In this document: positions 59,077 through 64,000 of the stretch, piece by piece
Numbering within the stretch: position 1 is the stretch's first letter
Layout: each line of letters opens with the position of its first letter
Assembly: GCA_025558095.1 (NCBI GenBank)
Contig: JAIVFI010000025.1
Span: 496,001 to 560,000, forward strand
Length of the DNA stretch: 64,000 bases
Source of the DNA: Hyaloraphidium curvatum SAG 235-1
Taxonomy: Eukaryota; Fungi; Monoblepharomycota
Reading direction: 5' to 3'
Position numbers and translations under genes: made by a program
The notes under the pieces: model-generated
The model's database searches: none
What the model was told of the DNA's origin: nothing
What the model saw: only the letters and a program-made list of their open reading frames with translations

Positions 59077-60126
59077 ATCTGTTCGGGGATGAGGTGAGGC
59101 GGGGACGGCGGGGCGAGGGGACGGGCGCGTACCGAGAAAGCAGGAACACGGAGAAGCAGCCGGAAAAGGCGAACGACAGGCCGGATTGCGATTGGCGCGC
59201 GGGGCGGAAGGTTGGCGCACGCGATCGAGAGCGATCGGTGTCCCCCGCGCGGACGTGGCGGCGCCTATATCAAACCCTCCCCATCGCCGCACACCTTAAA
59301 AAAGATTCGACATCTAGGGGCGAACAATGGAGCAGATGGTGGATGGCGGAATGAGCTGGGCTGTCGACAAAAGGGACGGCGAAGGGGGAGGGGGCGGCAG
59401 AGGGCACCTGAGAGGCGGAAGTGAGCCGCCGAGCTGGTCGAGCTCGTTTTCGGGAAAGTGGTGGGAGATTGAGATCATGGCTTCGCGTGCTGTGCAGAGA
59501 GGGCTTGCGGGACCGGACCACGACGGGGACGGGGCTGGAAGGTGCCCGAGGGGAGGGGGACGCCGTCCGGCACCCTTTCCAAAGGATGAAACAGCTGCGT
59601 CCGGCAGCCGCGACATCAACGGACCTGCGGAGCGACGGAACGTCCCTGGCAGTAGCGCATAAACCGCCTGGCCCCGGGCGGCCGGGGGTAGCCGCCCGCC
59701 CCCTTGTGGAAGCCCGCCCGAGGTGCCGGACGCCGCGGCCGCCCGGGGGAGAGTCGATCCGGGCGTACCGGAAATTCGCCGACCATCGTCGGGCCCGTGC
59801 GGCCGCGCCGACACCGGTCGGCCATCGGACGGGATTCGGCTCTGGAACCCCTTCTGGACGACGCCGTCCCTAAGGGCCTGGGATGACCTATTTTGGGGAC
59901 CGCGGAAAGGTGCGTGCCCCAGCCCCTCGGGATGCCTGAGCCCCGAAGCGGTGCCCGCCTTAAGCTCCGATAGATCAACACCGCGCGCTGTTGCATTGCC
60001 GGCGCGGGCACGCGGCCATTCAGCCCCGGCGGGGTACCAATTTTGGCTCGCAGGCTTAGCTGACGTTCTCGCCGGGCCGACCCCCCACCAGCCCGTCATT
60101 CTTACTCAATCGTGCGGCCTCCGCAG

Positions 60127-60960
60127 ATGTGCGCGACGCCGGATCCCCCCGCGATGGGGCCGCCGGCGCAGCGCGACTGCACGTTCGTGCGGGGGCTGAT
60201 CGGCGCGGGCGACGGCGAGGCGGGGGCCGAGCCGTGGTCGGCGTCGGTGGGGTCGGCGTCGTCCCTCGCCGGGTCGGACGCCACGCTGTGCGCTCTCGAG
60301 GCGCCGCAGTGGGGCGCCTGGGCCGCGCTGCCGACCAGGGGGTGCGGCGACTGCGCAAAAGTCGCCCAGGACGGGCAGGGACTGTGCTGGTCGTGCCTCG
60401 TTGCTGCGGACTCCGATGCCAGCGACACCGAGCACAACCCCGACAGCGCCGACGACGCCGGCGACGAGCACATCCACGATCCCGGCGGGCACGCCCGGCC
60501 GCACTGGACCGGCCTCCCCACCGCCCTCCCCGCCTCCTCCCCCACCCGCGAGTCGCTCCCCCGCTCGCCCCTGGGCACCCCGTCCCTCCCGCCCGCCTCG
60601 CGCCTCGGGCTGCTGCCTCCCGTCGCTCCCAAGGACTCGTTCTCCTTCCCCCGCCCCTCCCCCGCGCGCACCGATCTCCCCCGCCGGCCCTCCGATCCAG
60701 GCCGCCCGCGCACCGTCTCCTTCGCCGAAGCCGTCTCGTGCTTCGAGACGTGGGGCAAGGACGAGTACCTCCGCGCAAAGACCCCCGAGCAGCCGGACTA
60801 TGGCGGGGGGGAAGAGGCCGAGTGGGAAGCCGCGCCGCTCGTGCCTGTGCTGCCCACGGTGCACCTGCCCGCGAGGGCCGCGCCGCCCCCGGTGCAGTCC
60901 CCGCCGAACCCCAAACCCAGGGGTCTGATGCCCAGCCTGCGGAACATGCTGAGGGTGTGA
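60127..60960 (+). CDS. Low-complexity protein with a putative PP1-docking module
   Basis: RTVSFAEAVSCFETWGKDEYLR resembles an RVxF plus downstream EY.R module; start codon uncertain. Confidence 0.5.
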   Translation: MCATPDPPAMGPPAQRDCTFVRGLIGAGDGEAGAEPWSASVGSASSLAGSDATLCALEAPQWGAWAALPTRGCGDCAKVAQDGQGLCWSCLVAADSDASDTEHNPDSADDAGDEHIHDPGGHARPHWTGLPTALPASSPTRESLPRSPLGTPSLPPASRLGLLPPVAPKDSFSFPRPSPARTDLPRRPSDPGRPRTVSFAEAVSCFETWGKDEYLRAKTPEQPDYGGGEEAEWEAAPLVPVLPTVHLPARAAPPPVQSPPNPKPRGLMPSLRNMLRV

Positions 60961-61689
60961 TGCGCCGAAGTTGATGCGAAGATTGGGCTCCTTGACTGTT
61001 TCGGGACAAGTAATTTGGGAGATGTGGATGCGAGGTCGGGCCCAAGGAGACATGTACATATGCGAGCGGGCCGGGGCGAGGACTGATGCATGGTGGTGAT
61101 CGTATCGGGAAGTTTTATTGTCTGTGTCTATAGATGATGATCGGCTCTCTCCGGATGATGTTGTGGCACATGGCGTTCGGAGTGGATATCGTGCACGCCG
61201 CTTTCGATGGACACCCTGCCGCACCGCTTCGTCGTGCATCGGTCCACGTCGTGAAGTTTACGGGCAATCACGTTGGGAGGGATGCGGCGCGGACCGGGGA
61301 ACGAAGGGGAGGAGAGCGGGTCGCCACGTCACCGGCTCCTTCTGCTTCGAAATCCGTTCAGCGACGCCGGCATCGGCAGGCTCCGCGGTCTTACTCACTC
61401 GGAGAGAAAGATTCCACATGCAAGTTGTGCGCGCTGGCTGTCGGCTCGCGTGCAGGGAGACGTGCATGACAATCCCTCAGTCGGCCCGCTTCCTTTCGAT
61501 TCGGCCGCGGGTGGGGTCCGCCCTGCGATGAAGAACAAGCTCCCCTCGCTCTTCCACCGCAAGGAAAAGGGCGCGGACCCCGCTCAGACGGCGCCGCCCG
61601 TCCGCGGGGCCGGGCCGCCGGCCTCTGCCCCGGCGATCCCGCGGCGCCAGCCATCGCCGGCCGAATCGCCCGAACCGTCCGACGACGGG

Positions 61690-62290
61690 GCACCGGCCGA
61701 CTACATGAAGCCAATAGGAGGGCGTCCGGTGCCCGTTGCCAGGCATCTCGCGCTGCAGAGGGCGCGCGATGCGCTGCCCGGCGTGGACGTGCTGGCCGAG
61801 GCGTTCGGCATCCTCGTTGAACGCTCCGTAGCTCTCCATGATGGCCGGAACAAGGCGCGCGGGGCCAACCAAAGCGAGTTGCCATCCAGCCTGGTACTTC
61901 ATCACCTTCCGGTTTCGGGCTTCCCCGGCGGCGTGGAGCGGCATTGTGCGGCACTCGGGGGTGGTCCCTTTAGGTGCGTGATGGAGACGTCGACGAATAG
62001 GCGCTCGTTGGTGAGGGAGTTGGCGATCAGGAGGTCTGCCCGATTCTGCTCCGCCGAAGAAGGGCTGCCAGCAGGTCCCGAAGCGCGTGGGGTTGCAGGT
62101 GGTGCTTTCTGGGCCCGGAGGATACCTTCCGAGGCGAGGTTGTGCAGTCGCCGCTCGTCCGCGTACGCTGGAACAGCGCACCCTAAGGCGAAGGAGGCCG
62201 CGCCATTAAGCAGGCGCAGGCCTCGGGCAACGCGCCCGATAGGAGGTCCGCAAACTCCCACGAGGTTGGGCTCGAGCTTGGCGTGGCGCC
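61690..62290 (-). mobile_element. Degenerate 3' fragment of an RLE-type non-LTR retrotransposon
   Basis: RADLLI...LFVDVSITH in one frame, then PLHAAGEARNRKVMKY...LVPAIMESYGAF in another, with a frameshift near 61970; boundaries approximate. Confidence 0.7.
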
Positions 62291-62308
62291 TACCACGTAA
62301 CCTCTGGA

Positions 62309-63919
62309 ATGGACCCGCTGCTGGAGCTGTCGCCGCCGCGAAGCCCACCCGTCGCAGGCAGCGACTTTTCGCCCGAGGAGTGGCTCGCGCTGCTGCCGTC
62401 CGCGCCTCCGGACCTGGGACCACTGCGGCTCGCGCCGGGAACGGAGCCGACCGAGGATCCCCGCGCCGCCGCCCTGCGCAAGGAACGGCCGCTGACGCGC
62501 TCGGCGCTGCTGTCGGGGCTGGCCGCCCTGTCACCGCCGCTGCGAACGCTGGCGCAGCTGCAGTTTGCCGCGCAGCCTTTCGGCAGGCGCTTCCCCGCCG
62601 CCATCGTCTTCGACTTAGTGCTCATCGCTGCACTGCTCCCGTTCGTCTGGCTCGCTGGCGTATTCGGGACGATTCAATTCGCCGTGGGAACTGCGGCTCT
62701 CTTCGGGCTGCTGCTGGCCTTCTTTGTGTCGGCCATCTGGTCCACCAGCTTCCGCAGCCGGTTCACCAACGCCGTGGGGAGGACGGCCTTGTTGGCGGGC
62801 GCGTCCGCGGGCAGCGCCGAACCCGAAGTCAGCAACCACGCGCTCGCCGCTTTTGTGCGATACCAAGAGCTCAAGGAGTCGCGCGCGTCGCCAAAGGGTG
62901 CCTTCTCCCAAAGTGCGCCGCGTCCTGCCGAATACCCCCACAAGAACGGCTATGTGCTCCTCGAGCACGACTCTGGCGACCCCATGTGCCCCTGTGACCT
63001 CCCTTCCTGCGCCGGGAAGCTGCCTCGTCAGGCCGTCTACTGGCGGCTGGCCTGGGTGGTCACTCTCGCCTCCCTCAACTACGCCCTCTTCCTCTTCTTC
63101 GCGTACACCCCGTTTGTCACTCTCCGCGCTACTTTTTGGAACACAGCCTGGTGCGCGGCGGCCGCGGCCATCTACTGCGCGTTCAATCTCGTCTTCTACG
63201 GCATCATGGCCAACGCGAGGTTTTCGGCCAACGTGTCCGCGCTCTCTCTCGGCTCGCGGCTCTCGCACCGTGCCATCGCCGCGTCTCTGCGTTCCCTCCT
63301 CTCTCGCCTCCATACCGCTCTGGAGGCCGGCCGTACTGCCGACGTTACATCTGCCCTGGCATCATCCGAAGAGTCGGACGAGCTTTACGTGCGTCTCCAC
63401 ACGATGCTCGTTCGAGCCTGGCGATCGCGCATTACCACATTATCATCGGGAGGCGGCTCTTTCCTCGTACTGTATTTCGGCACCAGCGTCGTCTGCGCGG
63501 TCGCCAACATCGCCGCAGGCAACTGCATCCCCGGCTACGGCGTCGTCATCTTTTCCCTGGGCATTTTCAACGTCCTCTGGGACATAATCCACTTTGCCGT
63601 GTCCAACTCAGGCGTCGATGGCGCCAGGAGACTGTACCTCGCGGCGCGGACCGACCTGCGCAAGGTGCTCGCGAGGCTGCCGGTCCCGCTGGACCCGGCG
63701 CGCGCCGAGTGGGCGGCCAAAGTCGAGCACCACGAGAGGCTGCTGTCGGCGTTTGCAGAAGTGGACGACTGCAGGTCGAGGTTCCTCGGCTTCGCGGTGA
63801 CCTACGGCACCGCGAGGACGCTCGTCGTGACGGGGCTGACGGTGTTCGTCGGGCTCTATTCGATCCTGCGGGGTGTCGGGGTCAGGGTCGTGGGCGATTT
63901 TGCGTGCCCGCCATTATGA
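62309..63919 (+). CDS. Hypothetical multi-pass membrane protein
   Basis: 536-aa intronless ORF with about seven hydrophobic segments. Confidence 0.8.
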   Translation: MDPLLELSPPRSPPVAGSDFSPEEWLALLPSAPPDLGPLRLAPGTEPTEDPRAAALRKERPLTRSALLSGLAALSPPLRTLAQLQFAAQPFGRRFPAAIVFDLVLIAALLPFVWLAGVFGTIQFAVGTAALFGLLLAFFVSAIWSTSFRSRFTNAVGRTALLAGASAGSAEPEVSNHALAAFVRYQELKESRASPKGAFSQSAPRPAEYPHKNGYVLLEHDSGDPMCPCDLPSCAGKLPRQAVYWRLAWVVTLASLNYALFLFFAYTPFVTLRATFWNTAWCAAAAAIYCAFNLVFYGIMANARFSANVSALSLGSRLSHRAIAASLRSLLSRLHTALEAGRTADVTSALASSEESDELYVRLHTMLVRAWRSRITTLSSGGGSFLVLYFGTSVVCAVANIAAGNCIPGYGVVIFSLGIFNVLWDIIHFAVSNSGVDGARRLYLAARTDLRKVLARLPVPLDPARAEWAAKVEHHERLLSAFAEVDDCRSRFLGFAVTYGTARTLVVTGLTVFVGLYSILRGVGVRVVGDFACPPL

Positions 63920-64000
63920 CCAACGTCGGTGGCATTAGGGTGTAATGTGATTTGAGCTCTGGATGACGATCAACTGCGGGATGGCTGCGATTCCTTGAAT

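Noticed and set aside
59100-60100. Gene or ncRNA in the 1-kb gap after the SDR
   Set aside because: No convincing ORF, repeat or recognisable RNA motif was seen.
1-64000. Bacterial origin or contamination of the contig
   Set aside because: Canonical spliceosomal introns occur throughout, including in the bacterial-like genes, alongside fungal-specific genes.
1-64000. Numerous long antisense or overlapping ORFs (e.g. 17737..19434, 23277..25148, 61273..62997) as real genes
   Set aside because: They are expected shadows of high-GC coding sequence, are Arg/Pro/Gly-rich and have no motifs.

Overview
GC-rich, gene-dense eukaryotic genomic DNA, not prokaryotic. About 37 protein-coding genes are split by short (~45-100 nt) GT-AG introns with CTRAC/CTRAT-type branch sites. 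A Zn2Cys6 transcription factor, a chitin-deacetylase-like gene, Pmp3 and Arc1, together with a MAP4K-CNH kinase, point to an early-diverging (zoosporic, possibly Monoblepharidomycetes-like) fungus; this assignment is inference. Main observations: (1) a multi-exon OB-fold gene matching the RAD51 antagonist RADX, best known from animals; (2) an intron-containing fusion of an SMP-30/gluconolactonase propeller to a bacterial-type class III adenylate cyclase; (3) tandem paralogs joining a bacterial DUF1707/LiaF-like domain to N-terminal PPxY motifs; (4) several other bacterial-like enzymes or domains carrying spliceosomal introns; (5) a frameshifted remnant of an RLE-type non-LTR retrotransposon; (6) unusual cysteine-rich secreted proteins. 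No rRNA, tRNA or CRISPR array was recognised. Gene spans include introns, and exon boundaries were inferred by eye.
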